Source: Eledone cirrhosa (Eukaryota). From it: DNA of 64,000 bases. The notes beneath the pieces are model-generated. The model was given only the letters and a program-made list of their open reading frames with translations. It ran no database searches and was not told where the DNA came from. The position numbers and the translations under genes are program-made. Below, piece after piece: positions 26,315-40,283 of this stretch. Numbering within the stretch: the stretch's first letter is position 1; each line of letters starts with the position of its first letter. The stretch covers positions 160,208,001 through 160,272,000 of the forward strand of contig OZ024743.1 of assembly GCA_964016885.1 (NCBI GenBank), written 5' to 3'.

Positions 26315-26817
26315 CAGTCGAGCATCTGCCTCCATCATGGAGATCAACTAAGCACTCTTGCTATATTTACACATTTTGATCTGGTTATCTTCAAGATCTA
26401 TGCCTGTAAATAACATTTTTTTTTTCTTTCACGTTGACTTATTATGCCCCACATTACGTACCTTTTTGTCTTTTTATTTTTTCTCTTCACTTCATAAACC
26501 TTTTCTTGTAAATAAGATTATTCTTTCTGCACCATTTCTTTAACATGTCCAACACCACCATTCTACACGAATACATATTATTATCATTTGATAATGCATA
26601 AAAATGCTGAAACCGGTAGTAGAGAATTATTAAACATATTAATAAATAAATAAATGGCATTGTTAATTAATAAATAAATCAAATAATACCTTAACACTTC
26701 ACACAAAGTAAAATATTTCGTTTTAATCATTTTCTAACCCAGAGAAAAGAAGAGAGAAATAAATAAAAAGGGAAAACAAAATATTTTTCTTCCTAATAAT
26801 CGTCTTTTTCTCCCCGT

Positions 26818-26898
<81 letters not shown>

Positions 26899-27435
26899 CA
26901 TATACATACACACACATACACATAAACATATATATATAGACACGCCTACATACACTCACACACATACACACATACACACACACATACAATTAAATAATCA
27001 AAATACTATATATGTACACATAAGACTGTCTGCATATGCGCCCGCACACAACCGCATGTGAGTATATTAAAAAACCTAGTGGGTAAGTAAGGACAAAAGA
27101 GGCGTAAAATTGAAATAAAATAATAAACACAATTATTAAGAACGGGTAAGGAAAAAAATGTTGTAAAAGGTTTGTGTTGAGATCTAGATAAGAGTATCTG
27201 GTTAAAAGGTGAACTGAGTAAAGGATAAAGATGGTGGGTGTGTATGTGTAATGAGTAAGGTAGAATGTAGTGGGGATTATAAGTCAACTGAAAAATAATT
27301 TGATAAAAATAAAAGGAAAAAGATAAAAATAAAGATATATATATATATATAAATATATATACACATACATATGTGTATGTATTTTTATACGTGTGTATGA
27401 GTATTTATGCATGTTTATGTATGTGAGTGTGTATG

Positions 27436-27533
<98 letters not shown>

Positions 27534-27660
27534 GTTAGGGAAGCAGAAAATTGGTTATTGTGATCCAATTTTGGTTAAGAAAGCCAGTTTCATGGATGGT
27601 TTTCAACGTACGGTTAGGGGTAACTCCACAAGTTTGTAAGAATTCCGTTCAATCATGGAG

Positions 27661-27810
27661 TATAAAGTATAAAAGAGAAAACACATGTAAGCATTAAGAG
27701 AAGGATTTTATCCAGTATAACAATATAAGGTTGCACTTACAAATGAAACGGTCGTAAATACCTGCATAAAATCCTTCTCTTAATGCTTACCTGTGTTTTC
27801 TCTTTTATAC

Positions 27811-27815
<5 letters not shown>
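27661..27815. repeat. Fold-back of a PLE-type 3' end containing a half HHR (GAAACGGUCGUA)
   Basis: agtataaaagagaaaacaca..aaggattttat pairs with ataaaatcctt..tgtgttttctcttttatact. Confidence 0.75.
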
Positions 27816-27851
<36 letters not shown>

Positions 27852-28349
27852 ATAAGAAGAAAGAAGAAAACTGCGTGGTTGCACATAGGTTACATATGAT
27901 AAAAATAGTCCTTCGTCAGTGATTTTCCAACCATCATTGGTATGTCATCGCATTAAAAATCATATACCTCAGGTATGTGTTATTGGGACCAGTAAATCGC
28001 GTAAAGCGAGGGGGACAAATGAACAACATAGAAGGATAAAAGCAAACCAAAGAAAGGAAATAAATAAGCAACATGGTAGTCCTGGTCAGCATGGCTGGGT
28101 GGATTTCATGAGCGAAAGGTACAGACGTCCGGCGTGAGTGGGATGTAAGCAAGAAGAGACCCACTGTAAGCCAAACGGGAGGAAGTGAGAAGGGGAGAAA
28201 CAGAGTGTGAGTGAGTGGAAGTGCGATGAAGCGGTCAGTCGAGAGAAAGTGTAACTGACAGAGGGGACGAAAGAAGGTGAGTGAAACAGAGAGAACGGGG
28301 AAGCAGTAAGAAAGAAACAGACAAACGCAGCCGAGGTGAATATATATAA

Positions 28350-29180
28350 ATAAATACATTAACGGAGAAAGCGTTTAGCGATACTCCGGCCACATTCCAA
28401 CTCACTCAACAAACAGAAATAGGAAATAAGTGAGTATATTCCTAATTAAACGTTCGGGGTGCTAACTAAATGTATTGTGTGGAAAATTGACTGTATTATT
28501 TCTTATGAGACATATCGAATATATCTCTTCCCAGACGGACGTCTCGTTTCATTATAAGATTCCTACAATTTGGATGAAATTATACCAATTTATGTAGGAG
28601 TTTGTATAAGATCAATAGATACATATTCAAGTGGGCTCTCATAATTATTCAGTGGGTGTCCAATAATACTAATATTGATAATCTAACCAATATCAGTATT
28701 TAGCGATAATCACCATCAGTGCCTGAGGTATCTGTTAGGTTGCTACTCCAGCAATTCTAAAGAAATACTCAAACTGATTAAACAATGAGGAAGTATATTA
28801 CCGCCAAAAAAACAATACATGCGCAGGACAATGAATTCTAAAAGGAATTCAGGCCACGTGCTAGAACTCAATTGGAACTTGAAAAAATATCTATGTGTAC
28901 AACGTTTGATGACACACAGATATTTTCTCGGGCAAAATAACAGAATGAGATACAAGAAACAATCAATATTCATATATTAAAAAATAAACAAAGATAGTCA
29001 AACCTTATATCGGGAAGTTCATATCCGTTGCACCAAGAGTAAATAAATAAATACATTATCGGAGAAAGCTTTTAGCGATACTCCGGCCAAATTCCAACTC
29101 ACTCAACAAACATTAGGAAATAAGTGAGTATATTCCTAATTAAACGTTCGGGGTGCTAACTAAATGTATTGTGTGGAAAT
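28350..29180 (-). mobile_element. Degraded PLE 3' fragment with ~135-bp direct (pseudo-LTR-like) repeats
   Basis: 28350-28486 repeated at 29047-29179; minus strand CVSSNVVH GIY-YIG-type motif at ~28900. Confidence 0.55.
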
Positions 29181-29493
29181 ATATATATATATATATATAT
29201 ATTTATGTACATCTCGTGTATTTGTTTATTTTAAAGTTATTTTTCATTTTCACCCCTCTTACTTATCGTTATCAACACGTATCCTTTTGTCTTTATTTCA
29301 TTTTTGACTTTGTATTTTTTGTTTTTATTCATTTATTTATGTATTCTTATTACTTCATGCATATGTATGTGTATGTATCTATGTCCCTCTGTCTGTAGAC
29401 GCATATATGCTTATGTGAAAAAGTATACGTCAACGTACTTTTTAAGTATATGTTCGTGGTTGAGTGTGTGTATGTTTATGTTCTGGATATTGT

Positions 29494-29525
<32 letters not shown>

Positions 29526-29864
29526 TCCCCTCTTCTTCGCCCGTTTTTTTCTCAGCCCCACTTTCATATTTCTTAAATTTTGTTTTCAAATCCATATTTA
29601 ATAAAACACCATGATTTTTATTCATTCTGATGATTGAAAACAGATCTAGCATCTGCTTTCAAGAAACCACTGGTAAATGAAATAATTATCTTATGTTGTT
29701 TATTACATAACTATATATATATATAAGCAAAGAGATATTTAATTTGCTGGTAATTCAACAATTTTATTTATTATAACAGATTCGAAGCACTCTACATGTT
29801 TCCTGGAGTATAATATCAATGATATTAACTATTGTATAAACCAAACTATTTATAAAACCAAATT

Positions 29865-29927
29865 TATTTTATTATATATATTTCAAGGGTACCAAAAAAC
29901 TTTGGTACGCTCTCATCAGATAAAATA
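29865..29927 (-). ncRNA. Type I hammerhead ribozyme, intact core
   Basis: UAUUUUAU CUGAUGA GAG CGUACCAA..UUGGUACC CUU GAAA UAUAUA UA AUAAAAUA. Confidence 0.85.
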
Positions 29928-31424
29928 CAAAATTTGTTTTATACATAATGACATACCCGATAAACCAGACCTTAACGGTTCAGGTTCCATTTGATTAGTG
30001 AAAGTAAAAGAGAAAATGTTCAAATCATTATGCAAATGAAGTAGAAGTGTAGACTGAAAATATCGTTATATTTAGACGCTAGGTAAATTTAAATAAATAT
30101 GGCTCTCTCAAGAATCTGTCATTTGTGTATTGAAGAATTTTTTTATATACTCACCTGCCAAAATTCTATCAACTTAAAAATAGAAATATTCAGTTCCTGC
30201 AGACATCGCCAAAAATTACTTTCCGAAATATTTATAATCTATAGTATATAATTCACTTATAAACATTCTATATGATTCCCTATTCTTCTGTCAATGTTTA
30301 GTTGTGATTCTTGAATGATAGTTTTCTTTTTATGTAATACATTTTTTTTTACAAATGATATTCTTTTCCAATTGATATTCTTCTTATTTTTCTTAACTGA
30401 TATCCTATATATATTTTTTAATTGATATTTCTTAATTCATATTTTGAAATATATCCTTTTTCGTGATGAGGTCTCTAAGAATATTTCCCTTCTAAATACA
30501 TAAATACATATATAAATATTTCCTATCTAAATACATATATAAAAGAAATTCTCCTCTTTGAAAACATGTAATATAAAATACCTAATAATCATACATAAAA
30601 TAATATATAAAATTTTCTCCACATACATTTTAAGTAAATTCTAAAATCTGACCTAAATAGTGTAACTAATAAACATTGGAGTTATCTTTTCCTTTTTTCC
30701 TTTTCCTTTATAATCTAGCACGCAAAAAGCATCCTGTCTTCTTAACAAGATAAATACTAAAGTCTCTATAATTTGCATTAACTTAATGTTTTTCTATCTT
30801 GATTGAACTATTTGACGGTACAAAAAGTTCTTCTATAATAAAATGTTAACTACGTCTTTCTCTTAACTATATATTGAAAATGTAAACACATATGCCAACC
30901 CTTAAATTATATTTGAATAAATAACAGCATGTATAATCACCAATAATATTTATATTTTCATATATTTATATAAATATGTATATAATTGACTAGTTAAAAT
31001 ATAATAAGCTAAAGTGTGCTTACAACCTTAATTCTTTAAAATATAATTATATACATTATATATATAATATTATAACTCATGATTTGGTTATATATTTTAA
31101 AATTTTGGATTAATATTCTACCACATCAACACATATTTAATTTTTTATTTTTTATTTTTAAATCTACTTGCACCCTAATAATAATATTAGCCTGTCTTTC
31201 TTCCTTCCCCTTCATCTTCATTCTTTTATAATGTATCCTAATAATTATTTAAATTTACCTAGTGTCTAAATATAACGATTTTTTCAGTCTACGCTTCTAC
31301 TTCATTTGCATATCCATCCTAACTGATTTGAAATGTTTCTCTTTTTCTTTCACTATCCAAATTGAACCTGAACCGTTAAGGTCTGGTTTATCAGGTATGT
31401 CACTATTTATAAAACAAATTTTTG

Positions 31425-31487
31425 TATTTTATCTTATGAGAACTTACCAAAGTTTTTTTGTACCCTTGAAATATATATAATAAAATA
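31425..31487 (+). ncRNA. Hammerhead ribozyme, CUUAUGA variant or degenerate
   Basis: Inverted paralogue of 29865-29927 with G5 changed to U. Confidence 0.65.
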
Positions 31488-31564
31488 AATATGGTTTTAT
31501 AAATATAGTTTCCATTTATTAATATCATTGATATATATATATAATTGTCTAATATATATATATA

Positions 31565-31626
<62 letters not shown>

Positions 31627-31723
31627 TATATATATATATTAGACAATTATATATATATATCAATGATATTAATAAATGGAAACTATATTTATAAAACCAT
31701 ATTTATTTTATTATATATATTTC
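31468..31723. repeat. Perfect ~256-bp palindrome centred on a (TA)n tract
   Basis: gaaatatatataataaaataaatatgg...ctgta(ta)n tacag...ccatatttattttattatatatatttc. Confidence 0.9.
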
Positions 31724-31724
31724 G

Positions 31725-31801
31725 GGAGAGATGACCCCTTAGCCTTTGTCAATGCAGAATTCTATGAGAAGGAAAACTGTTTCTATATACACATACATAT
31801 A

Positions 31802-31837
<36 letters not shown>

Positions 31838-32185
31838 TGTATGTATGTATGTGTGTATATAACACATGATATAACACCAGCAACCCTGATGGTATCCAAT
31901 GATGTTGACTTGTTCTTCTTTTTGGTAAATATAATCTTGGTTAAGAGAGTGGGACTGGCTTTGTGCAGTGCCTTTGCTCACTATAAAAGCTTCACGGCAC
32001 AGGCATTGCTTTATATCTGGAGATCTCTCTGCACTTGTCATCACATGGTACCATGGACCCAGCACTATGTGTCAAGAATTGTCACAAGTGTAGTGTTTGT
32101 ACCAGAGTTTTCAAGTCGCTGGCTGGACTAAAAAGTCACACTCGTTCAGCGCATCGGTAGGGGTTCTCCTACGAGGGGAACAATT
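31725..32185 (+). mobile_element. RTE-type 5' UTR-derived repeat, interrupted by a microsatellite
   Basis: Similar to 41680-41900 (cccc.tagcctttgtca..gagaagg.aact, gagagt.gga.tggct, gcacaggcattgc). Confidence 0.55.
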
Positions 32186-32713
32186 CTTTTTAAAAAATGT
32201 TTTTATAGTGTATAGAAAGTATATGAAGAATTACCGGTTTCGATGTGTTATTAAAATCCATCTTATCAAATGTTGAGTGTAAAAAATTTAAAAATAGTTG
32301 ATAGGAGTTAAAAGTGAAAGTTTTAAAATTAAAATCAAAATCAAATGTTTGGATAAATTTTCGTCCATCCTTCTTGCTGAAAAATTGTTAATCTTGTGGT
32401 CAATAGTTCAAAAGGGGATAGGGGATTCTAAGTTAGACGTGAAATCTGTAGCAGTAACAGTAGGATTGTATGAGAAATGTTATGAGAGTGTGGCTTCAGG
32501 GAGTGTGTGTACATATATATTTATATACATATATATAGAGAGAAAGTGAAAGGGTTTATATACAATAATACACACATGTTTGTGTGTGCTTGTTTCAGTC
32601 TGTCTGTCACAGTCCCTTTAGCAATACACACATGTGTGTGTGTATGTGTGGGGTTGTTATGTGTGTTTGTGTGTGTTTTTTCGGTCTGACTATCACAGAT
32701 ACCTTTGTGGAGA

Positions 32714-33175
32714 GGAATTAAGAAAAATTCAGAAAATTGTCAAAAATTGTCAAAAATTGTCAAAAACTAAAAACTAAGATCCTGAGGATTCTCAGAATCC
32801 AAAAATTTAAAAATTAAAAAAATTAAAAAATGTTTTCCGTCTCAAAAAAACTTCTTTCACAAAAGCTTGATTATCAGTAGCTGTAATTTCTGCAATGAGT
32901 AATTTTTTCCTCTTATTTTGTGAGTAATTTTTTCCTCTTATTTTGTGGTGTATGTGTATATAAATACACACACAGGGAATTAAGAAACATTTTTTTTCCT
33001 TCAAAATTCAGAAAATTGTCAAAAATTAAAAACTAGAATCAAAAGTATTCTCAGAATCCAAGAATTTAAACATTAGAAAAAAATATTAAAACAAATTCTT
33101 TAAAAAACGCCAGAGTGTCAGTAGCAGTAACTTCTGCAATGAGTAATTTTTTCCTCTTATTTTGTGGTGTGTGTG
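32714..33175. repeat. Two diverged tandem copies of a ~250-bp AT-rich unit
   Basis: aaaattcagaaaattgtcaaaaa..attctcagaatcca..ctgcaatgagtaattttttcctcttattttgtg occurs twice. Confidence 0.7.
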
Positions 33176-33184
33176 TGTGTTTAC

Positions 33185-33570
33185 GTCTCGGATTTGTTGG
33201 CGATGGTTGGTCATTCTTTAGTGTAATGACACCCCGTCTGCCCTATATAGTTATGTCGACAACCACCAGGTTTGTGTATCTTTGTTCCAGTGAGAATGTG
33301 TTTTAGTGATTTTGGTTGCCTCTTGCTTTTGATAATCTTGTCTGTTTCTAGAATGTTTTTCATTTATTCATCTTTAAATAGAATGGAATGGTTCTGTGTA
33401 GGAGGTCGAACATTTCGGTGTTTCTGGGGTTGAACGTGGATACATATGGTAAGGCTTTGGGTTGTTGGATTGATGAAAATTTGCGCGTTTTGCTTTGTCT
33501 ATTCCGTTATTAATTATGTCAAATGGGAAGTGTTTTTGAGTTCATTTAGTCTTTATTCCCGTCCTTTAAT
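33185..33570 (-). mobile_element. Deleted PLE fragment, same family as ORF 58546
   Basis: Minus strand encodes LPYVSTFNPRNTEMFD and NYIGQTG..RMTNHRQQIRD. Confidence 0.8.
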
Positions 33571-33783
33571 AATTGTTTACTTTAGGCACAAGGCCAGCAA
33601 TTACCCAGTATATTAATGGTACTTTATTTTAGCGTTAATAATGTTATCTTTTCAATAATGTCACTTTGGCCAATCAAAAAAGAAAAACAGACCCTTAAAT
33701 ATATTTCCCATGCTATTTTCAACTTCACCTTTTCTCTATATCCACTGTTTTGGATAGAATCCTTACTTACCTTTTCTAATATA

Positions 33784-33870
<87 letters not shown>

Positions 33871-33964
33871 ATATATATATGATGTGCAATATTTAAAATG
33901 TTATCCACTTACAAGTATGAGAATAATTCAATGTAAAATAACAAGTATATTACAGAGCCTAAAT

Positions 33965-34535
33965 AAACAACAATCAAAGGCAGTTTAGAACATTTAATTA
34001 CTTACAATCGTGTCATCCAAGTACAAGGCCGGGTTCATCGGAGCATTTAATAAAGGTTGAAACACAAATATAATATAAGAAGTTTGTCTTAAGAACATGA
34101 GGAGGATACATGGGAAGTAAGCATAAGTATCAACATTTATATAATAAAAGATAGCAAAGGCAGATGAAGCAGATGAAAAATATGAGAATATAAATGGAAT
34201 AAAATAAATTTAGGGGCAGCTAAAAGCATTAGAAATTTTTAAAACATTCTGCTATAGAGAAACATGCTGTTATAGATAGATTAAGTGTAGTGCAAGACAT
34301 ATATCATAATTAGTAAATAAACATATATCATATGCATTACAAAAGTTTATAAAGTTAATAAGAGCAGGTGTGCTGTTTAACTATAAATTTAAAATAAACA
34401 TCATATCATGTTCTTAAGACAAACTTCTGATATTATATTTGTGTTTCAACCTTTATTATCTGCTCCAATGAATCCGGCCTTGTGCTTGGATGAAACGATC
34501 GTAATTAAATATTCTTAACAATATTTGATTGTATA
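33965..34535. mobile_element. Inverted ~130-bp repeats, each with an outward-facing degenerate HHR (34000-34044 -, 34462-34506 +)
   Basis: GCU CC(G/A)AUGA AUCC..GGAU GAAA CGAUCG UA; arms 33965-34100 and 34407-34535. Confidence 0.7.
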
Positions 34536-34729
34536 TAAAGTATATATATATATAACGTATATATATATATATATATATACATATTTATTTATATAGTAGT
34601 AGTATAGTTAATATCTAACATTGTGTGATATATAATAAATGATTGGTAAGGACTTCAGAAAGCCGGTACAATATGGTAGAAATATATAAAGGGTAAAATA
34701 TGACAAATAAAACAAAAGAAAGTAATGTT

Positions 34730-35650
34730 TTTACCCAGTATATTTAACATATTTCAGGGTTAGTACCTTCTTTTCCTGTGCAAAAGAAAAATGAACGCTG
34801 TGTCTTCCTTAACTGGTCCATAATTTCCATAGAGGTCACTCAGCTCTATATAGTCCTGATCTATTGTTTATTTGTGGATTGTGTTTATAATTAAAGCCTC
34901 TTTAATTCTTGTATTCTCCACAATCCTTTTCATCGCTTCTTTCTTGGCCTCAATGTCTCGGTTGCTGCATTTGTAAATGTGTTTTTTAGCAGAAAAAGTT
35001 TTCTTGACAGTACTTCCAATGTACGAGGAACCACATTGTCTACATGTGATATTGTAGACTATAAACGCTCTCATGTACACTTCTACGTCGTTGATGGGAC
35101 AGTAAAGAAATGTGCATATATCGTTGTATGCAGGTAGGAGCTTGTAGAATAGTCAACTCGAGGAAGATCCCGAGTGCCAGATGTGTGTTCAGGCCCTCCC
35201 TACAGATGGCTTGTCGGATGGCAGAGGACGTCTTTTCGTGGAAATGCGGCAGCTATTGATATATTATGTTATCACTAAGGCTGCCTTTCCTCCCTTCTCT
35301 TTCAGGTGGTGCCTTGCCATATCAGTGATTCGTGAGAGAAGTTGGTTAGCCTTTCTCGATTACAACTCTCTGGAATTCTTCCATACTGGTGTATTTGTTC
35401 CTAGCTTTGCTGCATCTGTTGCGTAATGGGGAGATCTCATTCGGTACATAAGCCATTTCGGCTCTGTGGGAAGGGCAGAATCGTGGTGTACAAAAATATC
35501 CCCGCAGGAATCTTAGTATAAAGTCAAGTAGAGAGAGAGAGTTCCAGTCGATCCGTTTACGATTTCGAAGACGTTGTGAATTTTGCTTACTTCTTCACGC
35601 AATGAAGCTGGCATCAATATATCATCGACGTTCCCAAAGAAGAAGCGATA
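34730..35650 (-). mobile_element. Degraded PLE (RT end + GIY-YIG)
   Basis: NVDDIL at ~35620; IVYNITCRQCGSSYIGST..IKEALII. Confidence 0.75.
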
Positions 35651-35865
35651 ATGACAGCGATAATAAGGTACACTTCAACTGTTCCATATGGGAAATGGCT
35701 AGCCGGCCTGAGTGACTTGAATAAATCGACGTCCCGAACATTTTATATATGTCTATCGCAATTTACCAGCTTTCTGATGTACTTACTACATATTACATGT
35801 TTCACAATGCTTCATATTAACTATACTAATATATATATATATATTCGTAAGGTAACGGGACAGTT

Positions 35866-36965
35866 CAGCAGAAGGGAGCTGTTAAAACAGCAAAATGCTA
35901 TCAATAATGGTGACGGGTAAAATTTGCCCCAAATGATAAAAACCAGCGGCTAGAAGTGTGTTGGCTCGGAGAAGTGATAGAAGGAAAGGAGAAAAAGTAT
36001 AAAATGGTCAACAGCTTTTAGAGTGCCTGTGGTTTCAACTATTAAACTAAACGTACCACGTAAGATTGAGGCATCATAACAACGTTGAAATAATTATTTC
36101 AATTGGTATAATGTTTGTGTTAGAAGCGAATAGATTTGGTAGACAGATAGACATGTTAGAGAGTGAGAGAAAATAAAGGGCGTCCACTCAGCCTCAGATC
36201 ATCGTAAGAAAGGAAAAACAATGGCTGTGGAAGCGGAAATGACGAATAGACGTGGCGGTTAGAAGTGAGAAGGATAGAAAAGAAGCAGCAAGAGGAAAGG
36301 AAGAGCGAGGAGGGAGAGAATGAACAAAAGAAAGGGGAATGAAAAGGAAAGAAATAGCAAGTAAAGCTCATTCGTGGTATCCATCCGAAATAGAATGCAC
36401 GTCAGGCTGAGGGGGCCAAACTCATCAAATACTGGTCGCTCTCCGACAGGTTTGCGGTCGTTCCCCCGGCAGTGGAAACTTCTGGTGTCCTCGGCCTCAG
36501 GGCTACCACCTTACTCACCACCATAGGCGCTGAGCTGGCCAGCCGTAGGTGTGAGCCCCGCGAGTTGGAGTGGCTTTTCCAGCGCGTCTCTCTTGCCGTC
36601 CTCCGGGGAGACGCCTTCTCCATTTTGTCCACCGGGGCTGTGGGTGGGCCCCATCGCGTACCATTACACTAGTTAAATAATATTCTTTCATCTCATACAT
36701 ATATATAACATATATCTATTCTCTATCTAAATCGACGTATTTATACAGTTATATAGCTGTGATAAAATCTCAACAGAGTTATCTCGAATATCGAGTTTGA
36801 AACGCAAGTGTATTAGAAATCGTAGGCTAATGGAAAAACTCAGCGCAAGGAAGCTGTTAAGACAGCAAAATGCAGTCAAGGACAGCTTAGGATAAAATTT
36901 ACCTCCAAGGTTAGAAATCAGCGGCTAGAAGTGTGTTGGCAAAGAGAAATGATAGGAAAAAAGGA
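35866..36965. repeat. Diverged ~120-bp direct repeats (35866-35990, 36841-36965)
   Basis: Shared agctgttaa.acagcaaaatgc...cagcggctagaagtgtgttggc. Confidence 0.6.
36401..36672 (+). mobile_element. 3' fragment of a CRE-like RLE non-LTR retrotransposon
   Basis: AVETSGVLG..FQRVSLAVLRGDA C-terminal endonuclease motif; GC-rich island. Confidence 0.7.
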
Positions 36966-37289
36966 GGAACTACAGGTGGTTTTAAGGCACACGAGTGTAT
37001 TTAAATGTTTGTCTGATCTCCTCTCGTCCATTTTAATCGTTTTCTCCTCAAGTAAGACATATGCAAAGGGAAAGAGAGGGAGGATAAAAACAGTTAGCAA
37101 GAAATAGAAAGAGAGTGGCAAGGAAAGAAGAGAGAGGGAGAGAGTAAGAAAGAGAGATTTGAATAACAGCTGGAATTTGCAACTGACTTGTTTCCATCAA
37201 CGGTCAAGGAAGCAATTATAATTGTGTGTGTGTTTCTCACACAGCGGTCTTCCTGTATTTTAGTGGTCACGCGTCATGACGGCATAGAA

Positions 37290-37515
37290 CTGCTAGATTC
37301 GGTAAGCTGATAGCGTATGCAACTGTGCTTACCTTAAGATCAAAGTGTTGAGGTGAGCTATCTGCTGATGAAATTGCATTATCTCTCTCTCTCTCTCATT
37401 CTGAGTTCAAATCCCGTCGAGGTTAACTTTGCCTTTCATCCTTACGGGGTCGATAAAATAAAGTACCAGTAATGTACTGGGTAATTTTCTGGCCTTGTGC
37501 CAATAGTAGAAACAA

Positions 37516-37517
<2 letters not shown>
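37290..37517 (+). mobile_element. tRNA-derived cephalopod-type SINE
   Basis: Box B-like gagttcaaatccc, then gaggttaactttgcctttcatccttacggggtcgataaaataaagtaccagt..ggccttgtgcc. Confidence 0.8.
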
Positions 37518-37610
<93 letters not shown>

Positions 37611-37611
<1 letters not shown>

Positions 37612-38575
37612 TGAGAACGTGACGTCCTTGTTCAATCATCTTAGCAAAAGCTTAACATTATTTGTCTAAGAGGACAGCACTTGATTTAGGAGTCCCAGAA
37701 ACCCAAATGCTGGATTGTCACCAACCATCCAGGGGCCCGGGTAAATTTTGCAATCATATTTTTTTATTTGTTTGACCCGAATTACTTGGTCGTTTCTATG
37801 GCTGTGCGGATAATGGTTTAATCATCGTCTCAGTGTGTTTGGCCTTTTAACATATGTTGTAGCTCTGGTACGTTAGAATCTAGTGAGCGCTTGCCACACA
37901 TCTCGGAAGTTGTTTTTCGTTAATTTCCAATAGCCGAAAGACGATTCTCGCCAATTTATATTTGTATTAATCTCCAGAGTCTAGCTATTGACCAGTTAAT
38001 TTTCTTGATTTTTTTAAGTTGCTTCTATTGACTGATGAATAACTTTTGTTAACTTTAAAACCATTCTGTTGAGAACTTAATTCGTTTTGTGATATTTTGC
38101 AATTTTGCAATAATAATACACATACTGAATTCATCCGCCAAAAATAAGGGTTCCCTCCCTTGTCGAACTCCACGTGGGTTTTGATAACGGTCAACCCTTG
38201 GCCTGGCACTTGAACTAAAAGCCTGTTGAGAAAGTGACGTCTTTGTTCAATCATCTTACCAAAAGCTTAACATTATTTGTCTAAGCGGACACTACTTGAT
38301 TTAGGAGTCGCAGAAACTCAAATGCTGGATTTTCACCAACCATCCAGGGGTCCGGGTAAATTATTCAATCATATTTTTTTATTTGTTTGACCCGAATTGC
38401 TTGGTCGTTTCTATGGCTGTGCGGATAATGGTTTAACCATCGTCTCAGTGTGTTTGGCCTTTTAACGTATGTTGTAGCTCTGGTTCGTTAGAATCTATTG
38501 AGCGCTTGCCACACATCTCGGAAGTTTTTCGCTAATTTCCAATAGCCGAAATAGATTCTCGCTAATTTATATTTA
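37611..38575. repeat. ~350-bp direct repeat, period ~615 bp
   Basis: 37611-37966 repeated at 38226-38573; bounded by (TA)n. Confidence 0.85.
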
Positions 38576-38858
38576 TATATATATATATATATGGATGAGA
38601 GAGGGGGGGCTGTGTGGTTACTGATAACCGGTGTTAGAAAGTAAGGAGACACAATACCTTCTAAAACCCGGTAGAAAATAAGAAACAGTAGTAAATGCTA
38701 ATGAAAATGTATTCTTCTAAAAATAGAAAAACAGTCTTTTGCAATATAGACTAACTCATATTAGAAAAATAACACAGAAAACGGTGGATATTAATTAGAA
38801 GAGAATATTAAATAACATGTAAATATTTCCATGGTTTACATATAGGAAATTCACATTT

Positions 38859-38896
<38 letters not shown>

Positions 38897-39099
38897 CCTT
38901 TCTCTCTCAGTAATGTAGTGGTAGCAGCAGCAATGGAAATTCTCGCACCAGTTGAGTTTCATTTCAATTTATTATTATTGGTTAAGTAACTAATTTTCCG
39001 TCGATAGGTTTAATAATGAGATGGTTGTTTAGTTGTTAATTGTTATACCCCTTGTGTTATATATGCTGTGATTTCTTGAGTTACTAGTGCGATCCTAAT

Positions 39100-39900
39100 G
39101 AATTACAGAAACACATACAACATATTAACCAAAATATGCAGTTCTCCGTCTACAATCAGAGAGAAAGGATCAGTGTATACAAAGTATCCAGGATAGATAT
39201 CATAGAAAATGAGGCGAATGGGACATGTTCCATGTATAGGAGCAAAGTTTGGAATATGATACAGAAAGTTAAGAGGAAGATAGGGTGAGGTCAACGCGTG
39301 GTATGTCAGCGTCAAATACCAGATTGTAATATTCGTCATTGGTACCCACAGAGGCAAACTAGCATACATATGAAGAAGAAATTTTAAATAAATTTGAATT
39401 AAACTTTAAGATAGTAGGAAAAAAGCAGGTATTCCCTTAAAAGCCCTGATCAGCAGATGGTACACTTTTAAGATAATCCCCTGCACAGATAGAAAATGTA
39501 AAGTCTACAGACTAACTGTAAAACTAGGAACGTAGTTTATAGCCGAAGATCCACTGAATAACAATGTAGGAATACGAACACTACATATATAGTAGCATAT
39601 GAGAAAGGAAGAAAGAACACTGGTGAGAACGCCAAGACTAGAAAAACTCATCGGTACTTTACCGACATGCCAGAATGGAACATTCAAGCTCACTAGAAAA
39701 AATCGAGATAACAATGATATGTACACACCGAACAGATGCAATGCTCCTGCAAATTACCGAAATGACAAATATGAAAGAACTCCGACTAAAATTAATAGAA
39801 AGCGCAAATAGAATAATAACAACCTCACAACATAGTGACGAAGGACAATATAAAGGCACACAAGAATAACACTAAGATACACATACAGACGCCCCTAGAC
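39100..39900 (+). mobile_element. Degraded PLE, same family as 22340-23510
   Basis: aatgggacatgttccatgtataggagcaaagtttggaat matches the reverse complement of ~23220-23260. Confidence 0.7.
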
Positions 39901-39911
39901 ACACTATGCTC

Positions 39912-39977
<66 letters not shown>

Positions 39978-40217
39978 TACACGGGTGTATAGAAGATTAT
40001 ATTAATAAAAGGAATTCCAACTTTGTCTCATTTACTCGTTTTATTTACAATCCTTTAAAATTATAATGGTATTATAATGAAATAGTATGGTAGAATATTA
40101 AATGTTAAGTGTTAATTGAACAAGTACTTTCATGCTTTCGCAATCTTCAGGTTCATATTCTGTAGTGACGGTCAAGTTTGCAATTTTCAACAGTTGAAAA
40201 TTGCAAACTTGACTGTC

Positions 40218-40282
<65 letters not shown>

Positions 40283-40283
<1 letters not shown>

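Larger units (their letters stand above)
29835..31527. mobile_element. PLE remnant flanked by ~260-bp inverted HHR-bearing terminal repeats
   Basis: 29835-30097 inverted at 31245-31515; internal SRICHLCIEE..SSCRH remnant at 30100-30215. Confidence 0.75.

Noticed and set aside
37400-37420. tRNA gene (gagttcaaatccc)
   Set aside because: Box B within a SINE; no cloverleaf.
38615-38700. Further HHR-like traces (ctgataa..gaaa; also ~27900, ~28390, ~49070, ~49120)
   Set aside because: Multiple core mismatches or missing helices; not distinguishable from chance by eye.
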